DNA from: Raillietiella orientalis
Lineage: Eukaryota
Direction: 5' to 3'
Length of the DNA stretch: 64,000 bases
NCBI GenBank assembly: GCA_036172245.1
Contig: JAYWIR010000049.1
Coordinates: forward strand, 620,001-684,000
The stretch's first letter is position 1, and the number at the start of each line of letters is the position of its first letter. Shown piece by piece: positions 8,950 through 20,279 of the stretch. Under the pieces are notes generated by a model. That model did no database searches, was not told the origin of the DNA, and was given only the letters and a program-made list of their open reading frames with translations. Made by a program: the position numbers and the translations under genes.

Positions 8950-11900
8950 GGTGGTGACCACTTACGGAAGCTCCCGACAGTCGCCCAGCTTCCGCGCAGC
9001 TAACCATCGAATACACGACCGGGTAGCAGCAACGATCGGAGTCTTCTTTGGTGATCCGGGCGGAACATCAGCGTTCGGAATGCGACTGCCCTCCGCCCAG
9101 CGAAGAGGGGCGAACGGGCTTCCGAGGGCACTCCGAGCGACGCCTTGCGGACGGCGCGCGTAGGTGCCGCATTCGCCGGAGCGCCTGGGGGCCGCGGCCC
9201 ATTGGTGGCTCGCGCGCGACCACCGCTCGAGCGAACGAATGCTCGACACGGCTGTTCTGCGGTCTGTCGGTCGCTCCACGTCTCTGCCCAATTCCCTGCT
9301 TGCGGAACCCGGGTCGGGGGTTAACCCTGGAACCCTTCTCGCCACTTTCGGTTCCCGGAGGCCTCCCCGGCATTTTGAGCAATGACCTGACTCGCATCCC
9401 TGGGTCCTAGGGAGCTCCCTAGACCATCTCCTGATTTTCAGTTGATCCCCTCCGAAGCGTCCCGGCTTCCACCTGGGCCACCTCGCCCCGCCTGCCGGGC
9501 AGTTTGCCTCCGCGGTGTCCGCAGCGGGAGCCGCTCTCACCCTCCCCCTTCGGGCAAATCCGCCCGGGAGCATCCTCAAGCCGCGGCCGCGGCGGACGAC
9601 TCCTGAAGGCGCCGGGATGCGGGACGGAAATTCGCGCTGGGAGCGCACAGCAGACTCCGCGGAGGACCCGCTGTCGGTGGATGCCCTCAGGGTGATACGA
9701 TCCACCGGAGACGCGGACCACTTCCGGACCGTTTCGCCTCCAGCTGCTCACTGGATGCGCCGCAGACTCCCGTCGCCGACCTCGGTGGGGGTGTGGTCGG
9801 GTCGACTGTGTCGTGGCTCAGGATCAGATGCCCGCGCGAGCTCCGCCCACCCGTTCGGGAGCCGGTGTCCTTCCGGAAGTCGTCGGAGTTTCTTTCTGGC
9901 TGTTCCGAAAGTCATCGCTGGTTCGCTTCCATCCCAAAGACCGAGTCGGCCAGGGCCTCAACCGCGGGCGAGCCCCACGATGGGGCGCCGGGCAGCTCGG
10001 CTCCGCACGCACGGCAGCCGCCGCGCGCTCTCCATGCCGCCTGGCGAGGGGTCGACCGCGGACCGACAAACAGGTCGCAGTCTCCTGTGGCAGAAGTTGG
10101 AGCGACCAGGAGGAACCAAAGGCGCGCTCGCCAGACGTGGAGCCCTGCTCACTCTGGAGTGGTCCACGAAGGCGCGGGGCTCGCGAAAGGATCAGGCCGA
10201 GCAGCAGCCCTCCGCCCTCCGCCTGCCTGACCTCAGCGCGTGGCTCACCTCCTCGCGTCTCTGCCGCAGGACCGGTCCCAGAATCCTGCGCCATGGGGGC
10301 GGTGGAAGGAAGTCGTCCCTTCCGCAGCTGCCACGCGGGCGCCCTGCGGTGTACCCGTCTCGTCTGGGCAGGTGCAGGCTTCCTTCTGGAAGAACTCTGG
10401 GCTTTCCACTGCGGCCGACGTTTCTGCGGAAAGCACCGGTCCGCCCGTCCACGGCAGCCGCCGACTCCGTCCGCTGGCCCTGCTCCAGGTTTTCCATTCT
10501 TGGTGGCCTCCGGCGTCGTCTGAGCGCTCTGGTGCCCAAACCGAACTCGCCGCAGCCCCGGATGGAGGCACTTCATTCCCGTGTTGCATGGACACCGAAA
10601 GACGACCGCCGAGCGTGGCGTGAGGACCAGCCAGTGTCCATGAGGAGTGACCCTCGGAGTGACCGCTTGGATAGGCAGCATCAGGAGGCAGCATTGACGG
10701 CAGCATCAGGAGATGCGAGGAGCTGGAACCAACACAACACCATGATGAAGGCATCAGCTTCATTGGACAGCCGTCTCCGCTTCGGACGTCCCGTTCTTCC
10801 ATCCCCGAGTAGGAGTTGGTCGGCAGCTCTTGCAAGCAGGCGGTACAGCGCTGTCTTCGCCATTCTTCCGAAGGCAAACAACTGGGTGCAACGCCAAAGA
10901 ATTCAACATTTCTTTCTTCTCGTTGCCGCCGCCCTTCCGAAGGGGAGAAACGGTGCGAGGGTTGCCGCAGGCGACGATTCTGCTTCGTGGCGCTTCCTCG
11001 GCCTGCGGAGCATCCGCCCAGCTGCCCGCTGCGCTCAGCGAGGGCGTCGCTCGCAACGGGTGGTCGTTCGGTCGATGACGGTGCACTTGGAAGGAAGTCG
11101 GGTGGGTCGGCAGTGTTCGGTTCCTTCTTGCCGCCCTGGTTTGGCGCCGACCGTTACCTGGAATTCCGCAGGTGAATGTTCCCAAGAAAGGGAAGAGGAA
11201 GGGAGCAAAATGTGGTGCCTGATGTGGGGAACCTGCGTCCGTGGAGTCCGTCGGAATGCTTCTTTGGAGTTCTTCCGATCGAAATGGCTACTGCGACCGC
11301 GACTGTTCCACGGGAGAGCGAGTTCCTGCCTTGCCAGAGTGTGGAGTTCGTTTCGTTCGACTCCTGCAGCTCTCGGGGCGACTGACTCTCGAAATTCCGG
11401 AGGAGGAAAAAGAATCCCTTGGTTAGGGTACTGCGGCCTGTCAGCGTGCTGTCGAAAGCTGGGGTGACCTCGCCTTGGGAGAGTTGCTGAAATGTGTGGG
11501 CGGCGAGTGCGAAGAGAGCGGATTGGAAGCTGACGGACATCGCGGATTCATTCGGAAACGACCCTGAAGTTCATCTCGATGTTCCTCATGGCGCTGTGTC
11601 TCTGCTCGCACGTCATCAACCGCTCGCAGGCGCTTCCTCGAGCAGAAAGGAACGCAGCCGGAGAATGCGCGGACAGCACGCAAGCGGGTGGTCGCAAGTG
11701 GCCAAGGATGCAAGGTGGCCCTGCGTGCCTGTGCTGAGAGGACGGAGTTTCCATAGCAAGCAGCATAGGGGAAAGATTCAAGTGGCATCGCCACAGGGCA
11801 AAGTGCGCTCGCGCGCGTGTGGTGCTCTGCGTTGACACGGTTTCTGCGTGGTGTTTCCGCGACCCGGAAGACGGGACGTTCGTTCCCGTGAGAGCGGGCA

Positions 11901-13190
11901 GCCGGCGAGGTGCGCAGTACGCTGCCGGGAGTTGCTGACAGCGGACGAATGCGAAAATGTTGTGGGGAAGTGAGGATCGTGACCTCGTGTGGATGATGCG
12001 CGTCTGTAACTGGGTGCCGAACATCTCTGGATGGAGGGAGTCCCGCGCGCGTCCGATGTGCGTTTTCCGAAGCGATGTTTTCGCGTTGCCCTGCGATCTC
12101 TGGAGAGTTGAGGTCTTTTCTGGATCTCGGGGCATCTTTTGATGCCGCACGGTGCCATCATCTGATGCAGTTCGCGAGGGCACGCTTTCGCGGTATCGTT
12201 CGGCTGGTCTCATTGCTGCTCCTGCTGCAAGTCTTCGGGATGGACTTCTCCCGCTGAGTGTCTCTCTCCGAGGGTGCTGTGCAAGATATGGGGTACTCCG
12301 AATGGTGTGCGTATGGAATGCGTGTGCGGAACGTGGACACCGTCCACGTAGTTTGGCATCGTGATCACCGATTCGCCTTCGTCGTGCAAGAATCTTCCTC
12401 GTGAGCACAGTACGGAATTTCCAGGCGACTTGTACGACCGTGTCACATCGCGTGAAGGATGCGCGTCTCTAACAGGGCGCCGAAGATCTCTGGAGGGAGA
12501 CAACAAGGAAGACGAGGTTCCCGACGAACCCTCGCCCCCCTTGTCTTCCTTCGGAGACAAGCAGGGCGAGGGTTCCCTCCCGAGCGTGAGAGAGGAACGG
12601 ACCCCTTCTTCCGAAGCCATCCTGGATCCATAGGATGATCCCGTAGGCATTACCACCTACATCGCACCATCAGGTGACGTGGACAGTGAGGAGCGCCTCA
12701 GGCTCCTTCTAAGGAGGCAAAAGGTTCTTCAGTTTTAAAAGGAAACGTTCCCCTGTACAACCCGATGGTCCGAATCACGCTTGCTCTCTTCAATCACGGC
12801 AACTGTGATCAGAAGGGCAAAGTTGCACACATCTCGAAGAGGAGCACCGGCATTGGATATCCTGAAAGGACTGGTGATGAAAGAGATAGGGATTAGGGGC
12901 TGCGAAAGGGTCCCATCCTGGACCCTTCGCTAAATCCTCAGGAGGATTGACGACTACGCCCAGGCAGAAGGAACGATTCCCCGTCCACCGTGAACACAAA
13001 CTTCGAAAGAACGCAAAAGTGAGGAAATGAAGTGAAATGAACAGTGGAAAACCAGTGCAGTTGTTAGTGGTGAAAACACGGAACTGATAAAAGTTAAAAG
13101 TTTCTTTTTAATAAATTCACCCCACCGCTTGTCGGACCTGAGGACAGGGTTCTTCAGTACTTCTTGAGAACCAAAAAAAAAATAAAAATA
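8950..13190 (+). mobile_element. Ancient GC-rich L1/Tx1-like LINE remnant (RT region through poly(A) tail; 5' boundary uncertain)
   Basis: Ordered remnants: LLEELWAF..GK (about 10385), LVPKP then, in another frame, GWRHFI (about 10530-10575), MMKASASLD (cf. DFEKAFD), FFLLVAAALP..RVAAGDD (YADD position, about 10965), LARVWSSF (cf. RDRVWNSF at about 22760). 3' end aataaattcaccccaccgcttgtcggac..gaacc(A)n at 13110-13190. Confidence 0.55.
12520..12635 (+). repeat. Dispersed repeat family R1, copy 3
   Basis: tccctcccgagcgtgagagaggaacggacc..cctggatccatagg matches 38040-38093. Confidence 0.65.
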
Positions 13191-13449
13191 GAGGAAAACT
13201 GGAAGGAAAGCCAGCAGCAGGAGAGAAGAACCCAAAGGATTTCTATTCAAGTTTGGATGAGCAAGTTGGGGCGTCAGGAAGATGCGAAGAGCCGCGCGGG
13301 AAGCTCTGTGCTGCTTGCAAGTGAGGGAGGTGCGCTGAGCGGATGAAAAAGGAAAAACGGGAAGCCAACTGGGTCTCCTTCTTCCCTCCAGGAGAACGGA
13401 AGCGTGTTCCCTGGGATATTCCGAGAGGAAGGATGGGACCCTGCAGAAA

Positions 13450-14160
13450 CAGGAGATGTCTGACGCCCGTGTAGGACCAAGAGGGACACCTGCTGGTGCG
13501 CTCCGGCATGTGGCCGGGACCTTGCTTGGATGGGTTTGCTTGGATCATCAGGCACATGCATGGAACCAGATTCTGGAGCAGCGCCGCTGCAAGCAGTCCC
13601 GCCTACGTTGGGAGAACGCAACGACCCTTCTCCGGGGGTTTGCAGGGTGGTCATAGCGTTCAGAGAGATTTGCCATAGCGTTGCCAACTACCGAACTTTT
13701 CCTCCCTTGGGCAAAACGAAATTTCCCAAACGCGTGACGGGCAGCGATCCCGCCAGAGATGCTTGGGAGGCGCGGAACGGAAGCAGCGCCGCCGGGTATG
13801 CTCTCGCTCAAAACCTGAGTCGGGATGAGTTACATACCGTCTGGACGTCGTCCGGGCAACGAACCAACCTCGCATCTGGATACCACGGGGGTTTTCAGTG
13901 AGCACGAGCAGCATAGATGCATCGTGCTCGCTGCATGGGTGCCGAGTGCGATTTGCGTTTCCTCAGAAAGTTCCTCAGTACCTGGAATCTGCTCGAATGA
14001 GTTAAGGCGTAGGTTCGTGGTCCAGTAGGAACTCTGCAGAGTCGCTTTTGCGCGCACGCAAAAAAAGGAAATTCCTCCTCTTCACGCTTCTGTCTGCCGG
14101 CGAAAAGATGAAAGAACTGACCTTCGAGGTATACCTGATTAATGGGTTCGGCTCAAAATC
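13450..14160 (-). mobile_element. Decayed LINE RT fragment
   Basis: Minus-strand GSLPGRRPDGM (cf. GKSPGPDGL) followed by ISFCPREEKFGSWQRYGKSL (cf. LIPK..WRPISL), with stops and frameshifts. Confidence 0.45.
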
Positions 14161-14237
14161 CTGAACGTCCAAATCTCGAAAGATCATAAAAAATAAAAGT
14201 GTATACGCTTACTGTGCATGGCCGCAGATTAAGGTGG

Positions 14238-14756
14238 AATTGATTTTAAGATATACATTTGTTAATATTTATCAACGTGCATATTATTGATTTAATTATG
14301 TGCACCAACATGTTATTAATATATATTAAAGATTATTAAGAATAAATATATGTTTATTATGTGTATTCGTACATACTATTAATAGACATGAATATATATG
14401 TATGGAATTATAAACATGTGTATTTATCCCACGATCAGAATCCCGAAAACAAGATATGCTGTTTTATCAGAAAGTTCCATTTTGTCGGATGTTGGAAATG
14501 ACAGGAAGACGAAGCGCGCAGCAAAGCGAATTAAATAAGCAATAAAAAATTATGCTGACAATTCAAAAGAGTGGAAAGTTGGATATATGAAAAAGTGTAT
14601 TAGAGGGATAAATTATGAATATCATAAATATACATTAATGTATATAATAAACATATAATAGGTTTATTTTTGATGATCGTTAATATATTCATTTATAATG
14701 TATTAATGTGTTAATATATAATAAATATGAACAAGTATGCATTTTAAAATTCATTT
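14238..14756. mobile_element. AT-rich foldback/MITE-like element with long degenerate inverted arms
   Basis: Left arm 14238-14430 and right arm 14605-14756 are reverse complements at three anchors: aattgattttaagatatacatttgttaatatttat / ataaatatgaacaagtatgcattttaaaattcattt; tatatgtttattat / ataataaacatata; atttatccc / gggataaat. Confidence 0.6.
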
Positions 14757-15949
14757 GTACATCAATCCACATATAAATGGATATATTAATTTGCATAATA
14801 AACGTGTGTGCTTATTTTTGTGATTTTCAATATATATATATTGATGATACAGCAAAAATACATTGAAGTCACGAAGCGAGTAATGACTCAAAAGAATTTG
14901 TGTCATCGTATACCACTAATGGAATTCCAAAAAAAATATGTACTTCATGGAATGGGAGGATTCCGATGCCTTCGGCAAGTATCCTTGCATCACCATCTAA
15001 AATTTGCACGCTTTCCGCGCTGAACGTCGCGCAGCGTTCAGATGGACCGATCGAAGACCATCCTTACGGGTGGGCGAACGAGGCACATCCTTGACCATAG
15101 CGACCATCAAGGACTCCCGAAATCTTGAGATCAACTGCCGCATAGGAAATCTGATTTCATATTCGCCAGTTCTGTTCGATCCTCCTGAGCCAGCTTCCTA
15201 GCGAAATGAGCCCAAAACTTACGGGAAAGCTTGTGAATTTGAGCGCGTAAATCACAACTGCGAATGCTGGTTTATGACACAGATGTGACCATTTGCTCAT
15301 ACGGAAATGCGGCCCGTACTGGAGAGCATGTGAGCTTTTCCAGTGGTGAGAATTTAAAAAAAAAAAAAAAGTGTTCCTGGAATAAATCGTTTCGATCATG
15401 CATCCCATTTTTCAACCCTCGTATTCGAGTGAAGCTGAGAAAAGTTGAAAACTATCGCTGACGCTATAAAGAAGTGCAGAGATACCACTGGAGTCTGAAT
15501 AGCCTGCTTTCTTCTAGAACACATCATACACCATATCTAAAGCATCCCTTGCCACAAATAATCTGCATCTCACAAGGATGCAAGTTCACATCATGCAAAG
15601 CAACGATGACAGCCTGTCTCCAGCAGCTTCCTAGAGCAATCTGTCATGCAGGATTGCCAACAGGAGTTAATGGAATCCTCTAGATGGCCTTCGAAAACCC
15701 GCGATTTTCCAAAGCAAATCTCCGGATTTTAATGCCTAGGAATTTACTATTATTATATTATTAAATCATTAAATTGTTATTGTTAATCTTCACTTAACAA
15801 TAAAGTGCGAAATTACAATTACGTGTTGATCACGTGTAATTTATGTTATTAAGCTGCTGCTGCATGTGTTCGAACGTTTGTAAGGAGAGCGCCGCAATAC
15901 CGGTCTTATTATTTATTACCTTTAGCCCAAGGGCACAACCCCGGAAGAA

Positions 15950-17520
15950 GCCCATAGGAATACCGGACGTTGCCGTCCTCCACGCCCGGATACCAGATGC
16001 GGACCGAGCCAAGTACCTGGGAGTACAGATAAGCGACGAAACACTAGCTCTGGAGAAGCAGCAATGGTCAACCACCCTGGCCCAGCTGCGCGGAGAAACC
16101 AGCCAGTATGTCGGAACCTTCTTCTCGCAGAAGGACAAGGGAAACCTCTGGAACGGGGTGATGGCTCCGGAGTTCCTCTTCGTCGCGTGTTTTCTTCCAA
16201 ATCCCCCAAGGACGACCAAAGAACTAGCCGACATCCAGACGAACCTGCTCTGGAGCGGCGCAAGACCGGAGGCGCCTGTATCGCCCGCGGACGGAAGGAG
16301 GAACCGGCATGCGCTACGTCGCCACTGCCGTGAAGCTCCAGGACCTCAGACATCCGGTCCGAATCGTCAGCGCGTGTAACGACTAGCCTTTCAGGTTTCC
16401 ACCGCGCCTGCTTAAGGCTGGAGCATGAAACTTACAGCCTCATGTCCACCATGGCACTCCCAGCGAGCGACTGGAAGTGGATCGGACGTGGTCAAGAATC
16501 CAGCGCTTCCTGTAGACCTTGCACCTGAAGATCGCTCCAAGAAGCAAGGAGTTCTGAGTCAAGGAGCTCATCAGGGTGATCCCGCTGTTCATAAGCATCC
16601 TTTGGCCCACGGGAGTCTGGATAAGCGAAAACAGGAAGATGACGTTGGAAGAATGAGAGCGACTGTCAAACAGCGTGGTCATCCATGCGCGGCAAGTCCT
16701 CGCATACTAGAGAAAATTGGAAGGGAACATAACCTACAGGACATGAGAACTTTGGCAAGACCAAGGCACTCAGTGGTCCAGGGTGAATCCCCTGATGAAT
16801 AACATAATGATCCCAGAAGAAGCCACACCATCTGAAGCGATGCGAAGGATGAGGTGCAGACTTGACCTCACAGGCGCCCTAGACCCACATGCGATCGGGA
16901 CTGTTCTTTGGAGATTATCTTTGCCATTGGACATCCAAGATTGCATCTTGATGTTCTACTACGGAAACATCATGTGTGGCACGAGACTCTAGCGCTGGAC
17001 TGGGAACCCCGACGACGACCAGTGCCCTGCGTGCGCGTCGAACGAAGATGACCTTCAAATTTACACCTGTCGCACCCTTGTCCAAGATTGGAGAGTGGTG
17101 AGGAGGGCAATCGGGATGGACGACACACCGAAAGTGCGAGGACTGTTGGAAGGAGAAGACGGCGTGTCCCGCTGCAACCCCACCATGCAGGTGATCGTCG
17201 CCTTCTTCCCGAGGAGAATCCTCATCAGAAAAACAAAGCGAGGGACCACATCTTGGACATTTTCCAACGACTCCTGAAGAAGGAAATAAATATGCGTGCG
17301 TGCGGGAGAGCACCATCCTGGACTCTACTGCACGGCTTGAGGATTGTGAAGTGCGCCACCAGGACAGTATAGTTATTTACCCGCGCGGGCTGCAGTGACC
17401 TTTTTTAAGTGACGCACCGGTAGCTAAAGTGAGGACGTTGATTTGCTTGTTTGTATTAATAACATGGGTACATATGTGAAAATAAGTTCACGCCACCGCT
17501 AGTCGGACTGGGGAAAGTCT
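15950..17520 (+). mobile_element. 5'-truncated L1/Tx1-like LINE (RT C-terminus, CCHC-type zinc finger, 3' UTR)
   Basis: AKYLGVQI (KYLG motif), NLWNGVM, IQTNLLWSG, then LWRLSLP..FYYGNIMCGTRL*RW..CPAC..IYTC. Frameshifts and stops present. The 3' segment 17481-17515 matches 13110-13145. Confidence 0.8.
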
Positions 17521-18635
17521 GCAAATTGTAATGAAATACTCAAACGAGCTGCCGCTGAACTACAACAGCCACAATTTAAATTTCAAAATATTTTAATAAT
17601 AAAAAAGTCCTTTTCCTCGACAGCCTTCATCAGGGATGCAGGAATTTATTCATGCGACTCCACGTCCGCCAAGACGGAAACAGGGGTGGATAAAATATCC
17701 GGAATTCTACTTAAAACTACTTACAACCTCCATAATTGAAAGTTTTCCTTGAAAAACCCGCAAAATTCGGCGGCTAGCGATATTTCAAAACCGCCAGAAT
17801 TCCCGCTCAGAGGGATGAAATATTTTCAGCGCTGGATGGGTCCCCAAGAACGAAAGCGCGAAAACCGATACGTTGGCAACTCTGGTGATCTGAGCACGTC
17901 ACAGCGAATGAAAAGAAATTTCCTTACAAACTGCAGTAAAAGCATAGGCAAGCTTCAGGCAGAATTGCGTTCGAACCAGCGGCAGAATGGCGAACGTACC
18001 ATCTGGCACTCCAGCACAAACGGCAGGATTCGTCTTAGGTCAAAAATCATCCAAAACGCCCTGGCAGGCCCCTGGATGAATGATGCCTATCCCTAATGCA
18101 TCCCTGCACCGGTTTCCGTTTTTGCCAAGCAGATTTAAAAACCTAACCGTTGACTGGAATCATGTAAGGCGCATGGATTCAAATTTTATTTCCGAACCGG
18201 CTCATAAAATTCCAAATTGCATAATTGTTTTCCATGTACACATGGCAATTACAAGGTCTCCCAATACTATTTTCAGATGCCACATTGAACAGGCTACTGC
18301 TGAATAACAGTCTAAGAACTAGTTTGTCTACAATCAAGTGGATGATGGGCAGAGGGTAATGGTATGATTATACCCCTTGGGTTTCTGATTTGCTAATATT
18401 CCTGGATGCCAAAGTACATGTACACAAACTTTCAACCAAACTCAGACAGAAGTGAAACTCCCAAAACTGTATGTTGTTATAAATATCATTCAATGTAATT
18501 GAAAGACCTTTGCACTTGCACTCCATTATTCAAAAAGCGTTAACCAACATATGAAATAGTACAATCATCAAAATCTGTAGATTCTAATGTAATGGCAAAT
18601 TTTGTACATCTCTAAGCATCTGACACGGATTAGTA

Positions 18636-19590
18636 TTAATCTTCAGGACAATAATTTTGAACTTCTTGGAAACAGTCATCACAGAGAACCATGTTACTGG
18701 AATCCACAACTCCAGATGTTTCTACTCCACAAACAGCACACTAGGGGTCTTCCTTTGAAAATTCACATTTTTAAATGACCAATTATGAAACTGACCTCGG
18801 AACTTGTGACACTTCCTTCACTGATGCTGTCATCTGATGACAGAGGCTCCCTCAATACCTTCAACTTCACACTGATGATAATTTGCATAAATGGACTTAC
18901 TTGCCTGTGTTATGACTTGCTGAATTTCAACATCTGGGAATTCATGAACTTCCGGGGTCTTTGTGCTACAAAGAACTGAATATGACACACTGACAAGGAA
19001 ACAAATACCATTCTTGCTTTCGTAAATTTCTCAACCTTACTTCAAGATCAGCTACACTCTGCCTGGATGTTTCTAATTTTAATTCATCCTGCATCTTCAC
19101 AATTAAGATTCGATATAATTGCACTAGATATAAAGAACTGCATACCTGTTTAATCAAATCCTCTGCTTGTTGCACACAAGATTTTGCTTCCAAGGAATAA
19201 GTCACCTACAAAGCGGTAAGTATTATTGCATAGAAACAAAAATGCCTCGTGAACTTGAATTTTTTAATGAGTGTTCAAATAAATATATCCCTTGATCGAA
19301 AGTTCATTATTCTTGCAGAAGAAATCCCATCACATTACGTGGACAACATGAGCACACTGTATCAATTTTACCACATACGAATTCTACATCTGTGAATTAA
19401 AAAACACCTGTGGGACTGAAGTGAACGTTGAAACTCCATTCAATCGTGCCAGTCGCTTTTCGATTTCCGAAGCCGTTGGGCATTCCGAAGCATCCTGATT
19501 TTTCAAATTTTGCAACCTTTTCTGAAAATCGTCTTCCAATGCCGAATTTCCACGATCATGCATAGGACCATCGTTGTTTCTCTTTTTCAT
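18636..19590 (-). CDS. ZFYVE19/ANCHR (abscission/NoCut checkpoint regulator)-like protein, no FYVE domain seen, in-frame TAG in last exon
   Basis: Exons 19590-19408, 19205-19146, 19094-19009, 18965-18905, about 18858-18796, 18752-18636. CPTASEIEKRLARLNG, QQAEDLIKQMQDELKLE, EIQQVITQ and EDP*CAVC..LCDDCFQE parallel the ANCHR motifs PSTQEMEARLAALQG, QQTQDLLTQLAAEVAID, AIQRVLQQ and LPWCCIC..FCARCFRE as I recall them. Confidence 0.7.
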
Positions 19591-19806
19591 TATTAGTAGC
19601 AAAAAATTTAATGGAGCTAACGGAAAAATGAGAACAATCTGAGATGATTGAGACGGCGAAATGCCAATGTAAGTGATTGGGCAAGCATTAACTAATTGAA
19701 AATTTTAAACATATGAAATACGTGAGAAATTTACCTTAAGATTCTGGATGATCATGAAGGCCAACTACACGTTATGTTACCATAAACATTAGACGCAATT
19801 TAAAGC

Positions 19807-20130
19807 ATGTTATGTTTATGTAAATCAGAATCACCAGATCACCAACAAATAAAATCTTTTGAAACAGTTACAGAAACAGAAACAGAAGAAGACAGATTTA
19901 GGCGGATATTTCAGTACCAATTACAAGCACACATGTTTATAGTTCTAATGGGTATTCCTATTGCAATAACAGTTCTTATGATCTTAGTTTTGCATAATAT
20001 AATGAACGTTATATATTCAGGTAATCCGTTCAATTTTAAATTAAAGAGTACACCAAAATCAATACCAATCGTAGCAGATTCAGTACAGTATATTCAGTAC
20101 TTCAAGATTATATATGATCAACTTATTTGA
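19807..20130 (+). CDS. Hypothetical 107-aa single-exon protein with one hydrophobic segment
   Basis: ATG-initiated ORF in AT-rich DNA with the hydrophobic stretch MFIVLMGIPIAITVLMILVL. AATAAA follows the stop directly. No recognisable family. Confidence 0.35.
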   Translation: MLCLCKSESPDHQQIKSFETVTETETEEDRFRRIFQYQLQAHMFIVLMGIPIAITVLMILVLHNIMNVIYSGNPFNFKLKSTPKSIPIVADSVQYIQYFKIIYDQLI

Positions 20131-20279
20131 TAATAAATAATTTATACTATTAAAAGGAATTATCAGCACCATCAGGAACAAAAAATCAATCTGTTGAATC
20201 GATTTGAAAGTCTGCTATTTGAAAAAGTATCACAGACAGTAAATTGGAAAACGAAAAAGGTAGATTCCAAATGAATGAA

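Noticed and set aside
17605..17640. Hammerhead-like ctgatgaaggc..gaaa on the minus strand
   Set aside because: Stem II does not pair and stems I/III are not evident.
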